NCBI GenBank assembly: GCA_049423385.1
Contig: JBMSQQ010000007.1
Location: 1 to 59,505, forward strand
Direction: 5' to 3'
DNA from: Silvanigrellaceae bacterium
GTDB taxonomy: Bacteria > Bdellovibrionota_B > Oligoflexia > Silvanigrellales > Silvanigrellaceae
DNA: 59,505 nt
Made by a program: the position numbers and the translations under genes. Below are positions 9,457-18,881 of the stretch, in pieces. Each line of letters begins with the position of its first letter. Within the stretch, counting starts at the first letter, position 1. Under the pieces are notes generated by a model. The model was not told the origin of the DNA and did no database searches. It saw nothing but the letters and a program-made list of their open reading frames with translations.

Positions 9457-11330
9457 GACGGCAGTGGCTCCGGAAAAACTGCTGCGCCGGAATCATCGGG
9501 TCCGCGCAAGCGCCGCTGCTCAGCTTTAACCTTTTCCACGCTTCCACTGCACACAAGTTGCCCCTGGGAAAACAAATGGCACTCTTCAAATTGGTCAAGG
9601 TCATTGAGATGATGAGTCACCGCAACAACTGTTCTGTTTTCACCGGCTGCCTGCTGCCATTTCCACACGGCTTGCCAAAATGCCGCAGCTGAATCGGCAT
9701 CCAGATTTGCGGTGGGTTCATCAAGAAGCAATACGCTGCGCTCGGCATAAAGCAAACGCGCCAAAGCCACCCGCGCCTTTTCTCCACCCGACAAGCCTTC
9801 TCCCATGAATCCGACTTTCTTGTTGAGAAACAACTCGGCTCCCGCATGCGTATGAGCCAAAAGGAGATTCAACACCAGGGCAATGGCTTTGTCGCGTGCA
9901 CGTTGAAGTTCCGGATTCCTGGCGGGCAGAGTCGGATAAACAATGTTCTCAAAAACGCTTCCTTGAAAAACATAGGGAACCTGGGTTGCCAGCACCGTGT
10001 TTTGAACACCAAGAATCCGACCCTCGCTTGGAGGCAACAATCCAGCGAACAAGCGCAACAACGTCGACTTTCCAGCACCACTTTCGCCAACCAGTGCAAC
10101 CCTGGAGCGTTCCCTGATCGAAATCCTGCACGGTTGCAAAATCCGTTGACCAGCCAATGCTGTGTAGCCAAGATCACGGGCATCCAGGGCCACTCCCGCC
10201 CGCGGAGTTTCAAAAGGAACTTTTACGACAGGAGAAATGTTGGACTGTAGCGAATGGGTCATGTCCCATTCGTGAACCAACCTCAGCCAAACGGCCTTCA
10301 ATTCGGCAAATTGAGAAACAAATGATGAAACATTCTTGAGCGGGCGAAAAGAAAGCGCCGCAAGAACAAAAATAGAGGTATAACCGGCAACATCAACATC
10401 GTTATTGAGATTCAATCGCCACTGTACCGCAATGGTCAGGACAAGAATGGCGACAACCTCCATGCCAGGTCGAAAAATCGTGCGAAGCAGCAAAGTCTTG
10501 CGCATGAACCTGTAAAAGTCGTCACTCAAGAACGCCAGATCGCTCTTTTCACGATGCTGCGCACCCATTCCAAATATGGCGAGCAAACCGTTGCGCATCT
10601 GCAATCCACGGGTGGCAAGTTCAACCTGCCTCCGTGCACTTTCACGTGTATAGAATTCGAGTCTCCGCGAAATGGCCCGCAACACAATAAAAAACGGAAT
10701 CAGTGCAAAAGCTACAAACAGAAAAAACCGCGATGCGACAACCAACATGGAAATCGTTGCGCCGAGCACAACAAGACCATCACGGAGCGCACCGATTGTC
10801 CCCTTGCTCACCAGACCTTGCATCAGGGTTGTGTCGAGAAGGATTTTGCTCGTCAGTTCGTCGGGATTTCTGGTGTCCAACACCTGACCAGATGCGCGCA
10901 AGTATGAATCCAGGAATGTTGCGCGCAATGCATGGGCAACCCTGTGCCCTGCTCTTTCCAGAAGATAGTTGCTGCCAAAACTGGTGAGCAATCGAAGAAA
11001 ACCAATCACGATAAGCATGAGCGGAACAATGGTGGCCAACTGATCGCGGCTCAGCGAACCCATTCCACTGAGCAGGCGCTCGAATGCATCAGGCAACACA
11101 CGCGGGAGTGCATTTTCCGTTGCAGGTGTAAAGACAAGCTGCAAAAGTGCACCTGACGCAAAACCCAGGGCTACCTCAGTGACTGCGTGCAACGGGCTCA
11201 AAATCAATCCCGCGACAATGTCGACCTTTGAGGATTTCCAGATCAGCGCAAAAAGAGGATGCCTCCAGAACTTTTTCCCAGACGTACCAGGTGCTTGTTC
11301 GACCGCATTTTTCACTTGTCCAGTCCCCAC
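9453..11330 (-). CDS. msbA: Lipid A export ABC transporter (MsbA-like TMD-NBD fusion)
   Basis: N-terminal TM helices; Walker A GESGAGKST, signature LSGGEKAR, Walker B LLLDEPT; lies between lpxB and lpxK. Confidence 0.75.
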   Translation of the reverse strand: MGTGQVKNAVEQAPGTSGKKFWRHPLFALIWKSSKVDIVAGLILSPLHAVTEVALGFASGALLQLVFTPATENALPRVLPDAFERLLSGMGSLSRDQLATIVPLMLIVIGFLRLLTSFGSNYLLERAGHRVAHALRATFLDSYLRASGQVLDTRNPDELTSKILLDTTLMQGLVSKGTIGALRDGLVVLGATISMLVVASRFFLFVAFALIPFFIVLRAISRRLEFYTRESARRQVELATRGLQMRNGLLAIFGMGAQHREKSDLAFLSDDFYRFMRKTLLLRTIFRPGMEVVAILVLTIAVQWRLNLNNDVDVAGYTSIFVLAALSFRPLKNVSSFVSQFAELKAVWLRLVHEWDMTHSLQSNISPVVKVPFETPRAGVALDARDLGYTALAGQRILQPCRISIRERSRVALVGESGAGKSTLLRLFAGLLPPSEGRILGVQNTVLATQVPYVFQGSVFENIVYPTLPARNPELQRARDKAIALVLNLLLAHTHAGAELFLNKKVGFMGEGLSGGEKARVALARLLYAERSVLLLDEPTANLDADSAAAFWQAVWKWQQAAGENRTVVAVTHHLNDLDQFEECHLFSQGQLVCSGSVEKVKAEQRRLRGPDDSGAAVFPEPLPS

Positions 11331-12622
11331 GCCTTGTCTTCAGCAAGAAGATCGCGCACGGCTTTGGAATGGAATCGCTGTGCCGAGGCGGTTGGCAGCG
11401 ACTTGAAACACTCCAGTATTGCCTTGGCAGCGTGACGTGCGCTGTCTTTGGGAAACAGCTTTGCAAGAGTGAACAATTCACGACGCGCCTGCTCTTCCTT
11501 TTCCGCGGATTGAAGAATCATCAATGCGTGTTCACTGAGCGAGCGCACACTGACAGCGTCTTGAATGAATTCAGGCACAAGCATTCGTTCGCTGCAAAGA
11601 TTTTCAAGACTGACCCACGGCAAGCGGACAATTCTTTTGGCAATGGCGTAGGTGAGCCAATGCATTTTGTAGACAACCGAGTGCGGCACTCCCAACAGTG
11701 CCGTTTCAAGAGCGGCCGTGCCAGAGCAAACCCACGCATAGCGACAATCCTGCAAGACCTGAATCAATGGCTGCCTGGCGATCAATTCGATATCCACCCG
11801 AACAGCTGCGGCAGCCTCGGTGTCCAGGGTTGCACTTAAAATCTGCTCCAGCCGGGCTTGAGAAACTGTGGGAGCCACCGGCACAACCGCTTTCAATTTT
11901 CCGTCGAGTGCAGCCCTCGTTCTGACAAAGGCACGAACCATGTCAGGGAAGACTCTTTCTATCTCTCCAGTTCGACTTCCGGGAACAAGACCCACGCACG
12001 GAAGCGATTTTGTGGAATGATCGGAGCGATGCGGATGCCGGTTCTCAAGCTCTTTTTTGCTCGCAAGAAAATCCGAAACTTCGTCGCTCAATGGATTTCC
12101 TACAAACTTTGCATTGACGCCCGCAGCGCGCAAAAGTTTTTCTTCAAATGGCAGGATACAAGTCACCAGATAGGTGCAATCGCGCAAGCGGGCAACCCGT
12201 CCCACTCCATGCGCCCAAACTTTCGGTGGAATATGGTAAACAACACAAGACCCCTGATGAAAGGCGTCTTCCATGAGTCGCATGTTGAGCCCGGGATAAT
12301 CGATCAGGATTGTGATGTCGGGCTGGCGCAGACGAATTGCCGACTGCAACCTGTGTGCTGCCGATGACAATCGCGGATAGACAGCGACCACTTCTCCAAA
12401 GCCCATGGCGCTCAATTCATCGATGTTCACGACAGGTTCAACACCCGCCGCCTTCATCAATTTCCCGGCACTTCCCCAAAGTTTCAATGCAAAACCCGAG
12501 CGCTCGAATTCGGCTCGCAGAGCGTTCGCCAACAATGCAGCTTGAGCATCTCCACTGGCTTCACCCGCCAGCAGGCAAACGGACAATTCGGACTTTTCAG
12601 ATGGTTGCCGAAACATCATCAT
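11312..12622 (-). CDS. lpxB: Lipid-A-disaccharide synthase
   Basis: AGEASGD, IDYPGLN, ILPFE, VGNPL, PGSR, SGTAALE. Start at ATG 12622 with GGAGG RBS. Confidence 0.93.
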   Translation of the reverse strand: MMMFRQPSEKSELSVCLLAGEASGDAQAALLANALRAEFERSGFALKLWGSAGKLMKAAGVEPVVNIDELSAMGFGEVVAVYPRLSSAAHRLQSAIRLRQPDITILIDYPGLNMRLMEDAFHQGSCVVYHIPPKVWAHGVGRVARLRDCTYLVTCILPFEEKLLRAAGVNAKFVGNPLSDEVSDFLASKKELENRHPHRSDHSTKSLPCVGLVPGSRTGEIERVFPDMVRAFVRTRAALDGKLKAVVPVAPTVSQARLEQILSATLDTEAAAAVRVDIELIARQPLIQVLQDCRYAWVCSGTAALETALLGVPHSVVYKMHWLTYAIAKRIVRLPWVSLENLCSERMLVPEFIQDAVSVRSLSEHALMILQSAEKEEQARRELFTLAKLFPKDSARHAAKAILECFKSLPTASAQRFHSKAVRDLLAEDKAWGLDK

Positions 12623-13430
12623 GGTTGCTTCCTCCGGCAGGACGCACAACTCCACGACGTGCCGATTCTATGAAAGCGGCCAATCGCATCGCGTGCGGGT
12701 TGTCCAACAGGCCCTTCTGTCGGCAAGCATCCATGGTTTCTGCCACAGTCGGCAAGGGTGAAAAGAAGAATTGTTTGTAAACGGATTTAAGAATGTTCAA
12801 ATCAGACGCCGTGAGTCCACGCCGCTTCATGCCGATTACATTCATGCCGCGCAAGCTTGCCCGGTCGCCCTGCGCAACACAAAAACAGGGTACATCTTGA
12901 ACGACAATGGAACCCGCGGCAATCATGGCCATATCACCAATCCGGCAGAACTGGTGAATTCCAGAAATGCCACCTACAACAACGCCATTGTGAATTTCAA
13001 CATGTCCGGAAAGTTGAACCGAATTGGCAAAAATATTGTCATTGCCGATGATGCAGTCATGCGCCACATGCGTGTAGGCCATGAACAGGTTGTTGTCGCC
13101 AACCACCGTCTTGCCTCCGCCCTGAACTGTGCCTGGCTGCAGGGTTGCACACTCGCGAATCTTGTTGCGATCACCAATTATCAGCAGTGTAGGTTCGCCC
13201 TTGTACTTCAAATCCTGCGGTACCGCTCCAACACTCGCAAAAGGAAAAATTTCATTGCCAGCGCCGATCGTCGTGTGACCATCGAGCACAACGTGCGAAA
13301 CGAGCTTGGTTCCGCGTCCAACCTTGACGTTTGCACCCACGGTGCAAAACGGGCCAACAACGACATCCGAATCCAATTCTGCGCCCGGATGAACAATAGC
13401 GGTCGGGTGGATTGTCACGTTCTGGCTCAT
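12597..13430 (-). CDS. lpxA: Acyl-ACP--UDP-N-acetylglucosamine O-acyltransferase
   Basis: IHPTAIV hexapeptide repeats, PQDLKYKGE, HVAHDC, IHQFCRIG. Confidence 0.96.
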   Translation of the reverse strand: MSQNVTIHPTAIVHPGAELDSDVVVGPFCTVGANVKVGRGTKLVSHVVLDGHTTIGAGNEIFPFASVGAVPQDLKYKGEPTLLIIGDRNKIRECATLQPGTVQGGGKTVVGDNNLFMAYTHVAHDCIIGNDNIFANSVQLSGHVEIHNGVVVGGISGIHQFCRIGDMAMIAAGSIVVQDVPCFCVAQGDRASLRGMNVIGMKRRGLTASDLNILKSVYKQFFFSPLPTVAETMDACRQKGLLDNPHAMRLAAFIESARRGVVRPAGGSNHDDVSATI

Positions 13431-13475
13431 GGATGTCTTCCCTCAAAATCTTTCAGACGACGCTTCTTTTAAAAT

Positions 13476-13946
13476 TCAAACCTTTGGTGCTCTGGCGAGA
13501 ATCGCGGAAAACTTGGCTTCAACCGCCACTTCACCGTCGATCTTCGCAACGCCAGTGAACCAAACGAATGGTCCACGATGACGGTCATATTTTGCAAAGT
13601 AGTGAATAACGTCACCCGGCACGACCGGCTTGCGGAATTTGACTTCATCGAGACCTGTCAGCATGCATTTCTTTTCGACCGTTGCACCCTGACGTTCAAA
13701 GTTGGCAAAACACATCGCCGCCGCTGTTTGAGCCAATCCTTCGACAAGATAAACACCCGGCACGATGGGCTGCCCGGGGAAGTGTCCGGCCAAATAGCTT
13801 TCTCCACCAGTCACACACTTGATCGCATGAATCTCGAGAGTCTCAAAATCGATGGTCTCGACCCGATCCACCAAAAGCAGTGGGGGTCGGTGGGGGAGCA
13901 ACTCGCACACCTTCAAGTAATCCATCAGCGGTTTTTGCGTTTCCAT
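13476..13946 (-). CDS. fabZ: 3-hydroxyacyl-ACP dehydratase
   Basis: LPHRPPLLLVDRV, GHFPGQPIVPGV, KFRKPVVPGD. Confidence 0.95.
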   Translation of the reverse strand: METQKPLMDYLKVCELLPHRPPLLLVDRVETIDFETLEIHAIKCVTGGESYLAGHFPGQPIVPGVYLVEGLAQTAAAMCFANFERQGATVEKKCMLTGLDEVKFRKPVVPGDVIHYFAKYDRHRGPFVWFTGVAKIDGEVAVEAKFSAILARAPKV

Positions 13947-14003
13947 TTTTGAATCAACCCTCCTGCAATTTCATTCTCAACTTCAATAACTCTGCCGCGG
14001 TGT

Positions 14004-15044
14004 TCAGCCTTCAGACTTGGAAGTGCGCTGCTTGCGGCTCTCCAACTTTTCCTTGACGATTTGCGAGATAATCGCCTCGCGCTTGAGAAAATCTCGATTA
14101 GGCCTGGCCGGAAAGCCCACATAGGCACCGGATTCCGTGAGGCTTTGAGTCACGCCACCTTGGGCCAAAACAGTCACGTGATTGGTAATCTTCAAATGTC
14201 CAGCGACACCTGCCTGCCCGGCCAGTGTCACCCGATCACCAAGTTCCGTGGAACCAGCGACTGCGCTCTGAGCAGCCAGGAAGCATGCTTTGCCGATTTT
14301 GGCATTGTGACCAACCTGAACAAGAGAATCGAGTTTTGTCTGGGTACCAATGACCGTGTCCAACAATGCACCGCGATCGACTGAAGCATTGCTGCCCAGT
14401 TCAACATCGTGGCCAATCTCGACCGCTCCGACTTGCGGAATCTTGATGTTCTCCATACCCGATGGAGCAAAACCAAAGCCATCGCCGCCCACCACTGCCC
14501 CGGGATTCAGGATACAGCGATCACCCAAACGACATCCTTCACGCACCACTGCGTTGGGATAAAGAATACAATCAGCTCCAACACTCGCCCCACCGCCCAC
14601 GAACGCGCCGGGATAGAGGACGGTACCCTTGCCGACAATGGCACCGGGGCCAATGTAGACAAATGGAAAAACGGTTGCACCGGCGTCCAGCTTTGCGGAA
14701 GCATCCACAAATGCTTGCGGCGAAACACCGGCGAAACCATGCGAAGGCTTGAAAAAATGTTGCGACAAACGCGCAAACGCCAAATAGGGATCGCGGCAAA
14801 TCAAAAGCGTTGCACTGGTTTGTCCCAGCAGCAACTTTCCATGCTCCTCGCTGCATAGAATTGCTCCAGCGCGACTTGCCCGAGCATCTTCCAGGTATCG
14901 CTCATTGGAAAGAAACGAGAGCTGGTTTTGTGTTGCAGCCGACAGGACCGAGATGCCATCAAACGGACCGGAATTCGGGCGCGCGCCCGACTCCAAAACA
15001 ACACAGCCAAACTTCTCGCAGATATCCGCGAGATTGAGGCTCAT
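14004..15044 (-). CDS. lpxD: UDP-3-O-(3-hydroxyacyl)glucosamine N-acyltransferase
   Basis: DPYLAFA, hexapeptide repeats, GGDGFGF, KIPQVG, TKLDSLVQVGHN. Confidence 0.96.
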   Translation of the reverse strand: MSLNLADICEKFGCVVLESGARPNSGPFDGISVLSAATQNQLSFLSNERYLEDARASRAGAILCSEEHGKLLLGQTSATLLICRDPYLAFARLSQHFFKPSHGFAGVSPQAFVDASAKLDAGATVFPFVYIGPGAIVGKGTVLYPGAFVGGGASVGADCILYPNAVVREGCRLGDRCILNPGAVVGGDGFGFAPSGMENIKIPQVGAVEIGHDVELGSNASVDRGALLDTVIGTQTKLDSLVQVGHNAKIGKACFLAAQSAVAGSTELGDRVTLAGQAGVAGHLKITNHVTVLAQGGVTQSLTESGAYVGFPARPNRDFLKREAIISQIVKEKLESRKQRTSKSEG

Positions 15045-15637
15045 TACTTTTTGACCTTGTAACGCTGGTTGTAAAGAGAAACGATTTCGTTGGTGATATC
15101 GGAATTTGGATCCTGGGCAGGATAAACGACAGCACCAGCGCCACGTTCAAAGACAAGGTCATAGTTGTGCTTTTTGGCGTACTCGCTCACCAGCGTCGAG
15201 AGCTTTTGGAAAATCTTCTGGGTTTCCTGCATTTCCTTTTGCCGCACTTCCTGATCGAGTGTGACCTGCGAACGTTGGAAGGCCATGAACTTTGCCTGCA
15301 GATCGCGAGTTCTGGAGGCCTTTTCGTCTTCCGACAACACTGAACGCTTGGCCTCGAAATCATCCTCAAGCTTTTTGAGTTCCTGTTGCTGAGTCAGAAG
15401 TTCTTTTTTGCGTGAATCCACTTCTTTTTCAATTTTTGCTTTTGCCTGCTTTCCTTCTTCCGTCTGGAGGATGGCCACCTGGAAGTCGATGAGTGCAACA
15501 CGGTTCGCAATGATACCGGATTTGGAGGCGCCAGTCGCAGGAGCCGCAAAAGCCGAGGCGGCAGCACAAGCAAGCAACGCCGCCGACACAATTGAGCCAA
15601 CGCGAGTCGAGTTCAAAAAACCAGCGAAATTAGGCAT
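15044..15637 (-). CDS. skp: OmpH/Skp periplasmic chaperone
   Basis: Signal peptide, coiled coil, YDLVFE...DITNEIV; between bamA and lpxD. Start at ATG 15637 with GGAGG RBS. Confidence 0.9.
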   Translation of the reverse strand: MPNFAGFLNSTRVGSIVSAALLACAAASAFAAPATGASKSGIIANRVALIDFQVAILQTEEGKQAKAKIEKEVDSRKKELLTQQQELKKLEDDFEAKRSVLSEDEKASRTRDLQAKFMAFQRSQVTLDQEVRQKEMQETQKIFQKLSTLVSEYAKKHNYDLVFERGAGAVVYPAQDPNSDITNEIVSLYNQRYKVKK

Positions 15638-15671
15638 GGAATCCTCCAAATGAGCTTACATAAGTCTCGTT

Positions 15672-18083
15672 TTATCGGGTCAGGCTCGAAACGTTATCAT
15701 TTCCAACGGAAAAGATGAACTCCATGGTCCCCAAACGTCCGCCCTTCTGCAGCGGCCATGCCCATTCGAAACGGAATGGAGCAATAGGGGTCTGCCAGCG
15801 GAGTCCAAATCCAACATCATGTTTGAAGTTGTCCAGCTTGAGTGTCTCGCCTTCGTCCAGCACCGTCCCGGTTTCAGCAAACGAGACAAGTCGCAGATTT
15901 GCCTCAGGAATCAGTGGTACAAAATATTCTGCAGCTCCGTAAATTCGGCGATTTCCCCCCGCAAGGATGCGGCTCACTCCCTGGGCAAATGGTCCATTGA
16001 GCACTTCGATGCGCGGACCAATCACATTTTCATCCTGATAGTAGGCCTTCATGTTGTAGAGAGTCCCGAGCGTGAGACGTTCCCAGTAGGGAATTGGCTT
16101 TCCGTTGACCGGGTAAACCATGGTTGGCTCAAGCACAAAACGAAAGTTCGTCTTGAATTCTTCGCCAATGAACAACGGCAGATAATAATTGAGAGACATC
16201 TCAGCCAATCCGAACTGGTTGTCACCGGCCAACATCTTGAGCGCCAGGGCGTTCGTCGCTGAAATTGAAAATCCAGAAGTCGGCATGAGATAATTGTCGG
16301 TTTTGTCGTAGCTGACCGACTGTGTGAGCTTCTCGGTAATCCCTTGCTTGGTGAAAAGTCTTCCAATCGGCGTCACGTCATTGCGAGTCACGCGCTCAAC
16401 CGAATAACCACCGCTCACCCGCAGGTCTTCGACGATCTCTCTTCCCAGGCTCAAACCCAGCCTCAAAACCTTGGAGAATTTTTCAGGCTCAAGAGGAATC
16501 GGCTGCGAAAGTTCGTAATCGTACGCACCAAAGCCCGTCACACTCCACGGACCATCGTTGAAGCTGGGTTCCGTCAGGTTGATGTTGAGGCTGTAGCTGC
16601 CTGTGGGGGTAAAATTCGCAGACAGTCCTGCATTCCAACCCTTTCCGAGCAAGTTTGCTTCGGAATATGAACCTTGGGCAAAGAAGTTGATCTTGCGGGT
16701 GTCTGCAGAAGGCGAAGCTCCCAACGAGGCTGATAGGGTGCCTGTGGACTTTTCTTTGACCTTGATGCGCAGATCCATGCGGTTGTTGCGAACATCCGGC
16801 TCACGGGCAATTTGCACTTCCTGGAAATAACCCAGCCGCTCGATTGAAGCTTTGCTTTTTTCGAGGCGGGTCGCATGAAAAAGCTCGCCTTCTGCAACCT
16901 TGATGTTGCGCCGAATCACGTTGTCGCGGGTCTTTGCGTTTCCTTCGATGAAAATATTCCTGAAATAGACTTTTTCACCTTTGGTGATTGCATATTCAAT
17001 ATCGATTTTCTTGTTTTCCCGATTGGCTGCTGTCTTTGGCAAAATGTCTGCATAGGCATAGCCGTGGTCGCCATAGAGGTCTGTGAGCATCCGCATGTCA
17101 TTCTGGAATTGGGAAATCCTGAACCACTTGCCGGTTTTCAACTGGAATTTTTCAAGCAGATCCTGCTCCGAATATATTGCCTTTTCGTTTGTGCCCAGGA
17201 GAAGATCGCCGCTCACCTTGACACTTCCCACCTGAAAACGCTCGCCTTCCTCGATGTTGAAACTAATGTCCACTGTCTGGCGACCGATATCGAGACGCGA
17301 CTGGGGCGTGGAAATATTGGCCTCTGCGAATCCATTGTCGCGGTAGATATAAGAGAGAAATTCCTTGTCGCGGTTTACGAATTCATCCTTGAATGCACCC
17401 GCACTCGTGAGCCACGAGGACCAGCGCTTTTCACGCGTCGCAAGATTTCCCTTCAATTCTGAATCCGAGAAATGCGCGTTGCCAAGAAGATTGACATGAG
17501 AAACCCAAACAGGGTTGTTCTCGACAATCGTGTAAACCAGGTTCACTTCGGCAGTGTCGGTTGCCTCGACACTATGAACCGCACGGGCAAGGTAATACCC
17601 CTTCTCGACGTACATTTGTTCAATCATGCGCAGGTCTGCGCTAATTTTCCGTTCATCAAGAATTGTGAACTTCTTGACCTGCAGTTTTTCGCTCATGGTG
17701 GAAGAGGAAATTGCCTCAAACCCGACAAACTTGATCTCGCGCACACTGGGTTTCTCGTCGACCACAACCACAAGGCTGATGCCATTGGGCTTGGTTGTCG
17801 CATCAATGCGGACGTCCTTGAAATATCCGCTATTGAAAATGCTACGCACGTCGTCGCTGATGTCGCGCGGGTTGAGCACGTCACCAACCTTGGTGTCCAT
17901 CAAGCCAATGATGGCATCCGGTTGAACGGCCTTGCTGCCACGGACAATGATTTCGACAATCTTGTTCGCCGTGGCCGATTGCGAACCGAGAGCAGCCGAG
18001 TGTTGCAACGCCAGAAAAACACCTGTCACAAGGACACATTTCAACAACACGGCAATCCGGAAGCGCCTGACGCTTAAGGTCAT
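15672..18083 (-). CDS. bamA: Outer membrane protein assembly factor BamA
   Basis: POTRA motifs (GNAKTRDNVIRR, RLGYFQEV), NLLGKG, GFGLRWQTPIAPFRFEWAWP. ATG 18083 preferred; TTG 18110 is possible. Confidence 0.93.
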   Translation of the reverse strand: MTLSVRRFRIAVLLKCVLVTGVFLALQHSAALGSQSATANKIVEIIVRGSKAVQPDAIIGLMDTKVGDVLNPRDISDDVRSIFNSGYFKDVRIDATTKPNGISLVVVVDEKPSVREIKFVGFEAISSSTMSEKLQVKKFTILDERKISADLRMIEQMYVEKGYYLARAVHSVEATDTAEVNLVYTIVENNPVWVSHVNLLGNAHFSDSELKGNLATREKRWSSWLTSAGAFKDEFVNRDKEFLSYIYRDNGFAEANISTPQSRLDIGRQTVDISFNIEEGERFQVGSVKVSGDLLLGTNEKAIYSEQDLLEKFQLKTGKWFRISQFQNDMRMLTDLYGDHGYAYADILPKTAANRENKKIDIEYAITKGEKVYFRNIFIEGNAKTRDNVIRRNIKVAEGELFHATRLEKSKASIERLGYFQEVQIAREPDVRNNRMDLRIKVKEKSTGTLSASLGASPSADTRKINFFAQGSYSEANLLGKGWNAGLSANFTPTGSYSLNINLTEPSFNDGPWSVTGFGAYDYELSQPIPLEPEKFSKVLRLGLSLGREIVEDLRVSGGYSVERVTRNDVTPIGRLFTKQGITEKLTQSVSYDKTDNYLMPTSGFSISATNALALKMLAGDNQFGLAEMSLNYYLPLFIGEEFKTNFRFVLEPTMVYPVNGKPIPYWERLTLGTLYNMKAYYQDENVIGPRIEVLNGPFAQGVSRILAGGNRRIYGAAEYFVPLIPEANLRLVSFAETGTVLDEGETLKLDNFKHDVGFGLRWQTPIAPFRFEWAWPLQKGGRLGTMEFIFSVGNDNVSSLTR

Positions 18084-18174
18084 AAAACGAATACCCTTCT
18101 GTGATGGCAAGCCGGGCGACTATTTATCATTGAGGGAAATTTTGCAAATGTTTGCAGGCACCGAAGATTGCGGA

Positions 18175-18864
18175 TTAAAGTCCAGAGTCGGCAACAACGC
18201 GTCCATCCCGCATTTCAATGCGACGTGGCAAAGAATGGGAAAATTCCTGATTGTGCGTGACGACCAGCAGAGTTGTTTTTAATTCGCGGTTTATTTCAGC
18301 AAACAGGGCGTGAATATTCGCCGCGTTTCGACTGTCCAAGTTACCGGATGGCTCATCTGCGAGCAAAAGAACAGGTTGATTAATGAGCGCACGGGCAATC
18401 GCAACCCGCTGCTGTTCGCCACCACTCAATTGACCCGGATAATGTCCCAGCCTCTTTCCGAGACCAACCCGTTCGAGCAATTCCTGCGCACGCTTGTAGG
18501 TTGGATCCGCCTTGCCACCGGCAATGAGCCCCGGCATCACGACATTTTCAAGGGCACTGAATTCCGGCAACAAATTGTTGTGCTGAAAAACGAAACCCAC
18601 GTGACGATTCCTGAAGTGACTGACTTCGCGGTCCGACCCCCGGAAAGGATCCAATCCACCCACTCTGACCATGCCAGCGGTTGGAGAATCCAGCGCTCCA
18701 ACAATGTGCAAAAGGGTGCTCTTGCCGGAGCCACTTTCGCCCACAACTGCAACACTTTCTCCTGTCCGAACCGCGAAGCTCACACCCGAAAGCGCTTCAA
18801 GCTGCAGTTCACCCATGGCATAGACTTTTCGCAAATCCCGGACTTCGATTGCAAGCTCAGACAT
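18175..18864 (-). CDS. lolD: Lipoprotein-releasing ABC transporter ATP-binding subunit
   Basis: GESGSGKSTLL, GFVFQHNNLLPEFSALENV, LSGGEQQRVAIARA. True start is MSELAIEV at 18864 (GGAG upstream). Confidence 0.92.
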   Translation of the reverse strand: MSELAIEVRDLRKVYAMGELQLEALSGVSFAVRTGESVAVVGESGSGKSTLLHIVGALDSPTAGMVRVGGLDPFRGSDREVSHFRNRHVGFVFQHNNLLPEFSALENVVMPGLIAGGKADPTYKRAQELLERVGLGKRLGHYPGQLSGGEQQRVAIARALINQPVLLLADEPSGNLDSRNAANIHALFAEINRELKTTLLVVTHNQEFSHSLPRRIEMRDGRVVADSGL

Positions 18865-18881
18865 GACTTCGCTCCACCATT

